Part shown: piece by piece, positions 47,084 to 55,585 of the stretch
How the letters are laid out: every line of letters starts with the position of its first letter
Numbering within the stretch: position 1 is the stretch's first letter
Origin: Acidimicrobiia bacterium
GTDB taxonomy: Bacteria; Actinomycetota; Acidimicrobiia; IMCC26256; PALSA-610
Reading direction: 5' to 3'
DNA: 64,000 bases
NCBI GenBank assembly: GCA_038239145.1
Contig: JBBSFB010000015.1
Coordinates: forward strand, 11,270-75,269
Translations under genes and position numbers: made by a program
The notes under the pieces: generated by a model
The model's database searches: none
Told to the model about the DNA's origin: nothing
The model's input: only the letters and a program-made list of their open reading frames with translations

Positions 47084-48052
47084 TTACCTCGCGCAGAGAA
47101 ACGTGAGGATGTAGCAGTCGTTCGCGGCCGCGAAGAGGCCGGGCCGCTGCGAGACCTGCCCGAGCGAGAAGTTCTCGTCGGTGGCGTCGTTCCCCGTGTA
47201 GTTGAGGCCCTTGGCCTCGAGGATGTCGAAGCCTGCTCGCTGCAACTTGGCCGCGAGCACATCGTGTGTGTACTCGATCTTGTGATCCGGGTCGATGAAG
47301 TCGGCCTGCTGACGCCGCGTGATCCGGCCATTGGGAGTGTCGAGGGCGAAGTGGCCGCCGGGCCGGAGCACCCGCCGGACCTCGGCCAAGGCGATGTCGG
47401 CTTCCGACTCCGTGATGTGCTCGATGCTCTGGCCGGAGTAGACGAGGTCGAAGGACGCGTCGGGATAGCTCGAGAGATCGACCATCGAGTGATAGCGGTG
47501 GCGAACGGATCCCGAAGCGGTTTCCACGTCGAGTTGAGTGCCGTTGACCCGGTAGACCTCGTGGCGGTCGTCGTCGGGAAGGTCGACGATGATGAGCTCG
47601 TCGAACTTGTACGGGTAGCCCATCCGGACGAGGGCGCCCTCGTCGGAGTACTTGTGAGTGCCGCCGAGGTCGAGGATGCGCGACGCGGCCGGCAGGCTCT
47701 GTATCCACGCGGCACGACCAGCGTGGATCGAGTGGCCGAGCGCGCTGTTGAACCGAACGCCGTAGATGAACTCTTCCGAACCACGGATCTCCTCGACCAT
47801 GTGGTCGCGGGTGATCGTGCCGACACTCAGACGGTGCACGAAGTCGGCACGACCGTGGGGATCGGGCTCGCGCCGGAGCATGACGTTGAACGCCATGCGC
47901 ACCGCACGCTCGGGCGGGGCGGTCGCGAACGATCCGTCCCGCAGTCGCCAGGCGAGATCGCCGGCCTCTCGACGCGCCCGCCCGTAAACGCGCCGCCACA
48001 CTGCCGGCCGCGCGAACGACTCGCGCAGACGTGACAACCGCCCCTCCGCCAC
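47084..48052 (-). CDS. DUF4214-like domain / class I SAM-dependent methyltransferase
   Basis: N-terminal MLRREPDPHGRADFVHRL...GSEEF (DUF4214-like), then ILDLGG and VLRPGGHFAL methyltransferase motifs. Confidence 0.8.
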   Translation of the reverse strand: MAEGRLSRLRESFARPAVWRRVYGRARREAGDLAWRLRDGSFATAPPERAVRMAFNVMLRREPDPHGRADFVHRLSVGTITRDHMVEEIRGSEEFIYGVRFNSALGHSIHAGRAAWIQSLPAASRILDLGGTHKYSDEGALVRMGYPYKFDELIIVDLPDDDRHEVYRVNGTQLDVETASGSVRHRYHSMVDLSSYPDASFDLVYSGQSIEHITESEADIALAEVRRVLRPGGHFALDTPNGRITRRQQADFIDPDHKIEYTHDVLAAKLQRAGFDILEAKGLNYTGNDATDENFSLGQVSQRPGLFAAANDCYILTFLCAR

Positions 48053-48299
48053 CCACGCGACGCTATACGGCGAGGCCGAAACGGCCGGTGATTCCGGGAC
48101 CGGGCGGCGCGCAGCCGTCTTCCAACTGCGCTCGGCTCTACGGCTCGTCGTTGCGCCGGCGCTCTTTCACGACGCGGCGACGAATGGCGACGACGAACAC
48201 AGTCGCGCCAACGAGTGCAAAGAACAACGCGACGAGAAAGAGGATCAATCCCGGTCTGGGGTCGAACCCGTGCGCAAACTATCCCTGCGAGCCTGAGCG

Positions 48300-48318
48300 C
48301 CGTGACCAAACGGTGACC
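48300..48318 (+). repeat. 19-nt motif CCGTGACCAAACGGTGACC, copy 1
   Basis: An identical 19-mer occurs at 54589-54607. Internally it is GTGACC-N5-GTGACC. Confidence 0.9.
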
Positions 48319-48349
48319 AGTCGGCTCGGTGCGCTCAACGACGCGCGGG

Positions 48350-48390
48350 CGATCTACAACAGAACGCGGCGAGCGATCTGTTGTAGATCG
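48350..48390 (+). repeat. Perfect 14-bp inverted repeat (CGATCTACAACAGA ... TCTGTTGTAGATCG) with a 13-nt spacer
   Basis: Read directly. There is no flanking T-tract on either strand. Confidence 0.9.
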
Positions 48391-48538
48391 ACTGTACGCG
48401 CAACTCGTATCGGTGGGCGGCCCGGGCGGTGCCGTCGGTCTCGCCCCGCCGCACCGAAGGTCGGGCCGACGACAACTTCGTTCCTCGATTGTCCGGTCCG
48501 GACGGCTCGACCCGGTCGCAGCCGGGCTGCCCTGGTTT

Positions 48539-48553
48539 TGCCAAACATTGGCA
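48539..48553 (+). promoter_or_regulatory. Palindrome TGCCAA-ACA-TTGGCA about 45 nt upstream of the Kelch/propeller gene
   Basis: Read directly. It has an operator-like geometry. Confidence 0.5.
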
Positions 48554-48597
48554 TAGCGCGTCCCGAAATTTGTCGGCTCGGACCCTAGGGTCAGGTC

Positions 48598-50622
48598 GTG
48601 CCGAATGCGAGAACGGTCTCGGAGCGACGCGCACCGGTTCTGCGCCCTTCTCGTCGGCGAGCATCACGCGTGGTTCGCAGGCGCCGGACGCTCATGGTGC
48701 TGGCCGTGATCGGCACGGCGGTCTTACTGTTCGCGCTCCGTCCCGGCCCCTCGGATCACCCCAAAGTCTCCGTTCGCCGCAGCCCCTCCACGACCCATGG
48801 GCCGTCCTCGGGCGTCTCCGTCGTGAACCTGGTGGCGGCGCGAGCCGGCTGGCAGCTCCCGTGGCCCCGCTCGCGGGCGGTCGCGTTCCTTGACGGCAAC
48901 GGCTTCATCCTCGCCGGCGGCCTCGACGCCGGACAGAACACGGTCTCAACCGTCATGCATTTCGACGCGAGTAGCGGAGCCTCGGTGGCCGACGGCTCGT
49001 TGGCCGTGCCGGTTCACGACGCCGCGGGTGCTGTTCTCGCGGGAGAGCGTTATGTGTTCGGGGGCGGCGCCCAGCACGTCAGCGACGTAGTACAAGTACT
49101 TCAGCCGAGCGGTTCGTCGACGGTCGTCGGGCATCTGCCGCAACCGCGCGCAGATCTCGCGGCGTTGACGATCGGCTCGAGCGCCTATCTCGTCGGCGGT
49201 TACGACGGAACGAACGCGGCGCTCGCCGTCCTCGCGACATCGGACGGTGTCCAGTTCCGCACTGTGGCGCAGCTGCCAGTAGGCGTTCGGTATCCCGCGC
49301 TCGCGGCTCTCGGCGACAAAATGTTCGTCTTCGGCGGCGAGCTCAACGGAAGCGAATCGACCGCCGTGCAGGAGATCGACGTGCGGGCCGGGAGCGCACG
49401 CGTGATCGGCGAACTGCCGAGCCCTCGCGCCGAGGCGTCCGCCGTACACATCGGCGGGTCGATCTACGTCGTCGGTGGTCTCGCCGGCGGCTCCGCGTCG
49501 AGCGACGTGCTCCGCTTCGACCCGAAGACCATCCGCTTCTCGTTCGACGGGCAACTCCCGGCGCCGGTTTCGGACAGCGCATCGGTGACCGTCGGCGCAA
49601 ATGCGTATCTCGTCGGAGGCGAGGCGGCCGCGATCTCGTCCGAGGTGACGGTGCTCCACCAGACGACAGCACCCGCGACCACCGTCGCGGCCGCGAACGT
49701 GCGACCGTTTGCCGGCCGGTTGTTGATCGCGGATCGCGGCAACAACCGCTTGATCGTCGTCGACGCGAACAAGCAACGCTCATGGGTATACCCGTCCGCC
49801 ACGATGCCCGCGCCACCAGGCGGGTTCTACTTCCCCGACGATGGTTTCTTCGCCGATCACGGCCGATCAATCATCACGAATCAGGAGGAGAACCACACGA
49901 TCGTGCGGATCGCTTTTCCCTCCGGCGCCCTGCAATGGAGCTACGGAACACCGAAGGTGCCCGGTTCGAGTGCGGGGTTCCTGAACCAACCCGACGACGC
50001 GTTCCTCCTGCGCGATGGCACCTACATCGTCGCCGACGCGAAGAACTGTCGGATCCTGCACATCGGTGTCGACAAGCAACCAATCTCGCAGATCGGGACC
50101 ACCGGCGATTGTGTGCATGACCCGCCGAGGCGCGTCGGATACCCCAACGGCGACACCCCTCTCGCCGACGGCGACCTCCTGGTCTCGGAGATCAACGGCT
50201 CGTGGATCACCGAGTTCACACCCTCGGGCGCGCTCGTGTGGACGGTGCACCTGCCCATCACGTACCCCTCGGACCCACAGCAGCTCGGGCCCGATCTCTA
50301 TCTGGTCTCCGACTACGCCAAACCCGGAGGCATCCTCGAGTTCACCCGCGAAGGCCGCATCGTATGGACCTACCGCCCGACGAGCGGTGCCGGGATGCTC
50401 GACCATCCGAGTCTCGCCGAGAGGTTGCCCAACGGACTCATTGCCGTCAACGACGACTACCGCCACAGAGTCGCGTTCATCGATACCGCGACGGGAACGA
50501 TCGTCTGGCAATACGGCCGGACCGACCAACCCGGCACCGGACCCGACCAGCTCAATACGCCCGACGGGTTCGATCTCCTGCTGCCCGACGGTTCGACACC
50601 GACCCATCCAGAGACGGGCTGA
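48598..50622 (+). CDS. Membrane-anchored Kelch-repeat plus NHL/ASST-like beta-propeller protein
   Basis: N-terminal TM segment. Kelch-like units (YVFGGG, YLVGGYDG, MFVFGGE, IYVVGG, AYLVGGE). The C-terminal six-fold pattern is LLIADRGNNRLIVVD, YIVADAKNCRILHIG, LIAVNDDYRHRVAFID. Confidence 0.75.
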   Translation: MPNARTVSERRAPVLRPSRRRASRVVRRRRTLMVLAVIGTAVLLFALRPGPSDHPKVSVRRSPSTTHGPSSGVSVVNLVAARAGWQLPWPRSRAVAFLDGNGFILAGGLDAGQNTVSTVMHFDASSGASVADGSLAVPVHDAAGAVLAGERYVFGGGAQHVSDVVQVLQPSGSSTVVGHLPQPRADLAALTIGSSAYLVGGYDGTNAALAVLATSDGVQFRTVAQLPVGVRYPALAALGDKMFVFGGELNGSESTAVQEIDVRAGSARVIGELPSPRAEASAVHIGGSIYVVGGLAGGSASSDVLRFDPKTIRFSFDGQLPAPVSDSASVTVGANAYLVGGEAAAISSEVTVLHQTTAPATTVAAANVRPFAGRLLIADRGNNRLIVVDANKQRSWVYPSATMPAPPGGFYFPDDGFFADHGRSIITNQEENHTIVRIAFPSGALQWSYGTPKVPGSSAGFLNQPDDAFLLRDGTYIVADAKNCRILHIGVDKQPISQIGTTGDCVHDPPRRVGYPNGDTPLADGDLLVSEINGSWITEFTPSGALVWTVHLPITYPSDPQQLGPDLYLVSDYAKPGGILEFTREGRIVWTYRPTSGAGMLDHPSLAERLPNGLIAVNDDYRHRVAFIDTATGTIVWQYGRTDQPGTGPDQLNTPDGFDLLLPDGSTPTHPETG

Positions 50623-50667
50623 CGGGTTGGAGCCGGTCGCTGGGTTGATCGCCGACACGGTCCTCGC

Positions 50668-51888
50668 GTGAGGGCCACACAGCACCAGGCTGACCCCGAT
50701 TCGGGTGGCGCGGGGGTACAGGCGCGCGCCGATAGCGATGCGATCGAGGCGGTCGCGGCCGGGCGCAACCCGCGCCGCCGGAGGCGTCGCCTACTTCTGG
50801 CGGCGCTGCTTGCCGTAGTCGTCACGGTCGGGTGGTCGCTGACGACGGCGTTGGTGCGCGGATCGGATCCCGTGAGCGTGAAGTTCGTGGAATGGGTCCG
50901 CGGTCATGGCGGGAACGAGATCGTCAACGTCATCGAGCACACGTGGTACCAGCACCATCAACCTCCGAAAGGAGGCAAACCCAAAGGCGGCATCCCGAAG
51001 GTCCCGAAGCCCATTGGCCTCGAGACGCCCGCGACCGTCAGCGCGCGCACACCAACAACCGTTGCGTATTTACCGTCTCCGATCCACGCGATTGCGAGTC
51101 CTGCGCTCGCAGGCGAGGGCGTGTGGCAGCCCACCGGCCGGCTCCTGCACGGCCGTCCCGCGGTGTACGAGACCTTCCTGCGGCCTGACCGTGTACACAC
51201 CAGTTTGCTTGCGGGTGTCGCGTGGCTCGACCGGCGGGTACTGCGGGCGGTGATCTACAACGGAAACAATCAGCCGGGCGGCTCCGGCTGGCAACACGGC
51301 GACCACGTCACGCCGTCGGAGACGCCCGGCTTGGTCGCCGCGTTCAACGGCGGCTTCCGCCTCGACATGGCGCGTGGCGGATACCGGAGCGAGGGCCGGA
51401 TCGTGCGGCCGTTCGTCGCCGGGCGCGCCACGTTCGGGGTACGGCCCGACGGGACGGTCGACGTCGGGGTATGGGGCCGGGACCTCCAACCCACTACGCC
51501 GTACGCGTCCGCATTCCAGAGTCTCGATCTCATCGTCGACGGCTCCAACGACGTCCCCGGCCTTGCACGCGACGACCATTCCCGCTGGGGCCAGACCCTG
51601 GGCGGTCACGTCTTCGTATGGCGCTCCGGCGTGGGGATCGACGCACGCGGCAACCTCGTCTACGCCGCGGGCGTCCTCGACATCGTCAGCCTCGCCGACG
51701 TCCTCCGCGCCGCCGGCGCGGTACGGGCCATGGAACTCGACATCAACGCGTACTGGGTGAGCTTCGACACCTTCCTCGCCGGCACGAACGACGCGGTGCC
51801 GTCGAAGCTCCTGCCGAATATGGAACGCAACGCCAACCGTTATCTCGTTCCCGGCACCCGATACTTCGTCGCGATGTTCGCTCGCTAG
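50668..51888 (+). CDS. Phosphodiester glycosidase (DUF2233/NAGPA-like) family protein
   Basis: TM anchor. AAFNGGFRL, GIDARGNLVYAAG and AVRAMELDIN motifs. Confidence 0.72.
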   Translation: MRATQHQADPDSGGAGVQARADSDAIEAVAAGRNPRRRRRRLLLAALLAVVVTVGWSLTTALVRGSDPVSVKFVEWVRGHGGNEIVNVIEHTWYQHHQPPKGGKPKGGIPKVPKPIGLETPATVSARTPTTVAYLPSPIHAIASPALAGEGVWQPTGRLLHGRPAVYETFLRPDRVHTSLLAGVAWLDRRVLRAVIYNGNNQPGGSGWQHGDHVTPSETPGLVAAFNGGFRLDMARGGYRSEGRIVRPFVAGRATFGVRPDGTVDVGVWGRDLQPTTPYASAFQSLDLIVDGSNDVPGLARDDHSRWGQTLGGHVFVWRSGVGIDARGNLVYAAGVLDIVSLADVLRAAGAVRAMELDINAYWVSFDTFLAGTNDAVPSKLLPNMERNANRYLVPGTRYFVAMFAR

Positions 51889-51913
51889 ACCCACCGCGAA
51901 GACGGCACAACAC

Positions 51914-52558
51914 TTACACAAGCTGTCCGATGGTTTCGACGCGCGACTCGGACCAGTTGGCGGCGGCCGCGCGGAAACAGAACAGCGCGACGAGCAGCGC
52001 GGCTGCCGGGTCGGCCCACCAGATGCCCCAGGCTGCGTTCATGACGAGCGCGACGAGAATGCTCGAGGCGAGGCAGCCGTCGAGGAACGTCATATCGGCC
52101 TCGGCGGCGAGAGGTTCGCTATGGGCTCCTCGGGCCAGCGCTCGCTTTTTGAACGCGAGTACGAACATGGCCGACGCGGCGACGGTGAGATAGGCGACGC
52201 CGACCGGTGAACTGCCGGCTACCTCACCCGCTTGGAGGCTGTAGACGCTTGCGACAAACAGGTAGACGCCCAATGCGGCAAAGGCCAAGGCGACGATCCG
52301 CAGGGCGTGCATCGCTCGCCGTTCGGCGTGATGGTTGCCGATGTACCAGATCACCACCACGCTCGCGACGATCTCGACGAGGGAGTCGAGTCCGAAGGCG
52401 ACGAGCGCGATCGACCCGGCCGCCAACCCAAGGCCGACGGTGACGAACACCTCGACGACATTCCAGCCGATCGTGGCAATCTCCAGCCGACGGCCGCGCG
52501 CGAGAAGAGCATCGTGAACCTCAGGCGCGGGTTCAGGTCCCGCTCGTTGCGCAAGCAT
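51914..52558 (-). CDS. Cation-efflux (CDF-like) transmembrane-domain protein
   Basis: 214 aa, about 6 TM segments. SIALVAFGLDSLVEIVASVVVIW is typical of the first CDF helices. No cytoplasmic C-terminal domain. Confidence 0.65.
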   Translation of the reverse strand: MLAQRAGPEPAPEVHDALLARGRRLEIATIGWNVVEVFVTVGLGLAAGSIALVAFGLDSLVEIVASVVVIWYIGNHHAERRAMHALRIVALAFAALGVYLFVASVYSLQAGEVAGSSPVGVAYLTVAASAMFVLAFKKRALARGAHSEPLAAEADMTFLDGCLASSILVALVMNAAWGIWWADPAAALLVALFCFRAAAANWSESRVETIGQLV

Positions 52559-52690
52559 GGCAATCTCTCGGCGCTCGGTCTCCTCATTTGACGGTAGAAC
52601 GGCACTCTCAACCAGTCGAGAGGCGAAGGTCCCATTTACGGCCGGCGCGTCGCCCGGCCGTCGATGGAAGCTCCGCCGTATCGACAGTAG

Positions 52691-54358
52691 CTACGTCGGT
52701 GACCACGGCGTCGGGGGTACTCCCGGTTCGAAAGCCAGATCGACGTGAGGTTCGGTCGGTGTCGTCGATGCGTCAGGGCCGGCGAGTTCGCGCACCAACG
52801 CCCAGACTGCGAATGCCAGGAGCAGGAGAGCAATTGTGGCGAGGTACGTCGCGGCGAGTACGTGCTTTCCGAGGTCCCAGTATCCGCCGCCGAAGACGGC
52901 GAGGATGTACGTGCTCATAGCGGCGAGCGCAGCTACCGCGGCCGTGCGGGACAGCCATGCGTAGTCGGTCCTCGGAGCATTTCTTGCGCGCCGGCGACGT
53001 AAGAGGAGCGTGTCGACGAGTGGTGAGGCGAGAGCAACCAGCATCGCGAGTATTCCGAGCGCACCGTGCCAACCCGACAAGAGGCGCGCCGAGATGTGCA
53101 CTGGGAGATCGAGCGCCCGACGCAGCAGGGTGCGATGCGCGGTCTGGCCGATCGCGTTGGCGGGTAGGCCGGAGATGTCCACTTGCCGACTTGCAAACAC
53201 CGCTTCCCGTACGAAGCTCAGGAGGACCGACGGGTGTTCGAGGACTGCAATTGTGAGGCGCTTTCGCGTGGCGTTGTCGTGTTGCTGAATGGCATCGACC
53301 CACGCCTTCGATGACAGCAGCCGTTGATCATGGCCATAGAACGGCGTATCCACGGCGAATTGCAGGTCCGGTGACAGACCAAGCGCTCGGAGAGTCACTC
53401 CCGCTCGTTCCAGTTCCGGGACCGCGCCGACAAACACGAAATCGTGTGTGTTGACGTCTTGGGTCCGCACGCCATCCTGCCGGTCGACTCGTGCCCAGTG
53501 GTTTGATATCGCGGCGTATACGCCTGTGCACATGAGGAGCATCAGTGCGAGCGAGATCCCCGGCACGTACGCTGCGAGTCGTCGCGGCCACCTGATTCGG
53601 CGTGAAGCTCTTCCCCGATACGTCGCGAGCACGGCGACCCCGACAAGCGCGATGCCGATGTAAGGGGGCTTGGCGAATCCTCCGTACGCTGCGCCGAACC
53701 AGGTCAACGCGAGTGCGGTTCGACGTTCCCATGCCGGCAACGGGGTGCTCGCCGAGAAGATGACAGCTGCGCCAAGCAGGAGCCCGACCGCGCCAACGAG
53801 GCCACTCGACTCCTCCAAGGGGGAGATGAAGTACCGGGCGAACACAGGTGCGGCGGCTGGAATCACAACGATCGCTCCGACGACGACCCCGAACCAGCCG
53901 CGGGCGCTGAGCAGAAGAGCGCCGAGACCGGCCACCGCAGCCAAGAGCGAGATCTCCAGAAAGCCCAGTCGGCGCAGATCAAACGTCCCTTTCCCGAGCG
54001 CTGCAATCTGCAATACAACAAAGCGCGAAGTGGGAAACCGTGACGCGCACACCGACGGGACCCGCTGGTACTTCGTTTGCAGTACAGGGCGCTGGAAGGC
54101 CAACTGGGCCGCAGGCCCAACCGCAGCCAGATCAGCAGAACACATCAGGCGAGGGCCGTCACCTTGGTCTGCTGCGCCGTAGACGTCACCGAAGACGCCG
54201 ACAACCGAACACACAGCAACGAGTGTCCCGACCGCGAAGACGAGAGCAACGATGATGCGAACTCGCAGCGGCCACGAACTCGCGGACGTTCCGTCGCGAG
54301 AGTTCTCCTGATCCGGCGATGACTCGGCGACCGGCTGTTCGGAGGCACCTGGCACCAA
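52691..54358 (-). CDS. Large polytopic membrane protein of unknown function
   Basis: 555 aa with many TM segments and a central soluble loop. Codon usage looks less GC-biased by eye. The start is uncertain. Confidence 0.55.
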   Translation of the reverse strand: MVPGASEQPVAESSPDQENSRDGTSASSWPLRVRIIVALVFAVGTLVAVCSVVGVFGDVYGAADQGDGPRLMCSADLAAVGPAAQLAFQRPVLQTKYQRVPSVCASRFPTSRFVVLQIAALGKGTFDLRRLGFLEISLLAAVAGLGALLLSARGWFGVVVGAIVVIPAAAPVFARYFISPLEESSGLVGAVGLLLGAAVIFSASTPLPAWERRTALALTWFGAAYGGFAKPPYIGIALVGVAVLATYRGRASRRIRWPRRLAAYVPGISLALMLLMCTGVYAAISNHWARVDRQDGVRTQDVNTHDFVFVGAVPELERAGVTLRALGLSPDLQFAVDTPFYGHDQRLLSSKAWVDAIQQHDNATRKRLTIAVLEHPSVLLSFVREAVFASRQVDISGLPANAIGQTAHRTLLRRALDLPVHISARLLSGWHGALGILAMLVALASPLVDTLLLRRRRARNAPRTDYAWLSRTAAVAALAAMSTYILAVFGGGYWDLGKHVLAATYLATIALLLLAFAVWALVRELAGPDASTTPTEPHVDLAFEPGVPPTPWSPT

Positions 54359-54537
54359 CGTCCTCCTTCTCAGCAGACTTGGGCAATCCTGCCAGGCGTC
54401 GTGAATCCGCGATCCGAACGTGTGCCACGGTCAGCCGTGCGTCACGGGCCCGGGTGCTCGTGACGATCGTGCTCGACGCGTTCGCCGCCGGGCTCTCGTC
54501 CGCTGACATCATCGCCCACTACCCGACATCAACGTGA
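54319..54537 (+). pseudogene. Remnant of a DUF433-type gene, C-terminally truncated
   Basis: RASRARVLVTIVLDAFAAGLSSADIIAHYPTST* aligns with the DUF433 core (RGTRI-V..VL..LAAG.S.EEIL..YP.LT) but stops about 15 aa early. No credible N-terminus. Confidence 0.4.
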
Positions 54538-54588
54538 ACGAGAACACCACCGTCGACCGGGATGCGTGCGCAGCGCCGTGCGGCGCAT

Positions 54589-54607
54589 CCGTGACCAAAC
54601 GGTGACC
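54589..54607 (+). repeat. 19-nt motif CCGTGACCAAACGGTGACC, copy 2
   Basis: Identical to 48300-48318. It is preceded by a GC-rich hairpin (GATGCG...CGCATC) and lies 62 nt from a tRNA 3'-half fragment. Confidence 0.9.
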
Positions 54608-54668
54608 GACGCGCCGATTTCCGCACGATCGACTCCGACCGAAATCACGTTTCCCCAGGTAAGGTGCG

Positions 54669-54710
54669 TGGGCCCGGCTGGGATCGAACCAGCGACCGAG
54701 GGATTATGAG
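54669..54710 (-). other. Orphan 3' half of a CAT-anticodon tRNA (anticodon loop to discriminator), att-site-like
   Basis: The minus strand reads CTCATAA-TCCCT-CGGTC-GCTGG-TTCGATC-CCAGC-CGGGCCC-A. There is no matching D-arm or 5' acceptor strand upstream and no CCA. Confidence 0.7.
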
Positions 54711-54974
54711 TCCGGCCACAACCGTCGACTCCGTCCATGCCGTGACATCACGCCAGGTCACAGCGTCCACCGCATCCACGCAGTCCGCCCTGCACACGCA
54801 ACGCGACGCCGTTTGATGGGCAGAGTGATGGGCGAGGCGACGCCGCGAAACGGCGGCGATGGCGCAACGGTCGTGGCGACCTCCGATCCTGCGAGACGAG
54901 CACGACCTGCGCGCGCGATATTCGCGCTACGACCTCCTGCGTTTTGGCAGGTGTCTCGGCCCTGACCCGGGAAC

Positions 54975-55016
54975 ACTCGTGGGGACTCGAACCGCCGGCC
55001 TCTGCTCGTAAATACG
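54975..55016 (-). other. Degenerate tRNA-like remnant resembling the T-arm/anticodon region of tRNA-Val
   Basis: ctcgaaccgccg is identical to the tRNA-Val gene at 17737-17812, followed by a similar ...ctgctYgtaa. The T-stem no longer pairs (3 of 5). Confidence 0.3.
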
Positions 55017-55360
55017 AAAGAGATGAACACCGGCGGACGACCACGAACAATTTGGCTGGTCAGAGTAGTCGGTCGCACTTGAACGGACAACGGCGACGAA
55101 CAGCGATCGCGCGAAAAACGCGCGATGGTCCCGCCGAATCGGCTGGCGATGCGGGCAGATCGATGACCGATACACGGAACCACGGTGCACGCCAACCTCA
55201 ACGAGGGTCTGCACGCTCATTCTGTACGGCAGGCCGGAATCTTGCAGCACCGACCTCAAGGCGCGGCGCGGAATGCCTCGACTGGCCGCTGACCATCAAT
55301 TCGCCGAGCAACTGTTGCCGGGTCGGCCTCGACGAGATCGCGTCACCTGCAGCTTCCAGA

Positions 55361-55405
55361 TGGTGGTAGGCGAAGCACTTGAACCTGCGACCTTCGGGTT
55401 ATGAG
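55361..55405 (-). other. Degenerate 3' half of tRNA-Met(CAT) (att fragment A)
   Basis: Minus strand: CTCATAACCCGAAGGTCGCAGGTTCAAGTGCTTCGCCTACCACCA. It is colinear with fragment B, but the T-stem and acceptor are mutated. Confidence 0.7.
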
Positions 55406-55580
55406 CCGGCCCAGCGTCGTGACCTCTGCTCCCGTTCTCTCCCGTGCAGTACGGATGACGAGGCGATTCGCGCGACGTTCGTGACGTCTGGTCCCGTCTA
55501 CTCCCGTCCAGTACGGCCATGAACGGCAGAATTCACGGCACCACGGGCGATGCAAAGCGAGGTAACGCGCTCGATGCTGG
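55361..55580 (+). repeat. ~220-nt arm repeat A (homologous to 61741-61960), containing two 37-nt sub-repeats (55418-55454, 55480-55516)
   Basis: By-eye alignment to B gives roughly 80% identity. The internal units share 31 of 37 nt with a 62-nt period. The core TCCCGT[G/C]CAGTAC is conserved in all four units of A and B. Confidence 0.85.
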
Positions 55581-55585
55581 TTGCG

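Noticed and set aside
48138-48248. A 36-aa minus-strand micro-ORF encoding a single TM helix followed by a basic tail (LILFLVALFFALVGATVFVVAIRRRVVKERRRNDEP).
   Set aside because: Only a TTG start is available, there is no clear RBS, and it is too short to support without conservation or expression data.
55200-55360. A possible decayed integrase 3' end left of att fragment A (frame reading …LKARRGMPRLAADHQFAEQLLPG versus …SERLGHATPAFTMATYQHVLPG of the element-X integrase).
   Set aside because: There are only a few aligned identities and roughly 50% nucleotide identity by eye in GC-rich DNA. That is not distinguishable from chance without a statistical alignment.
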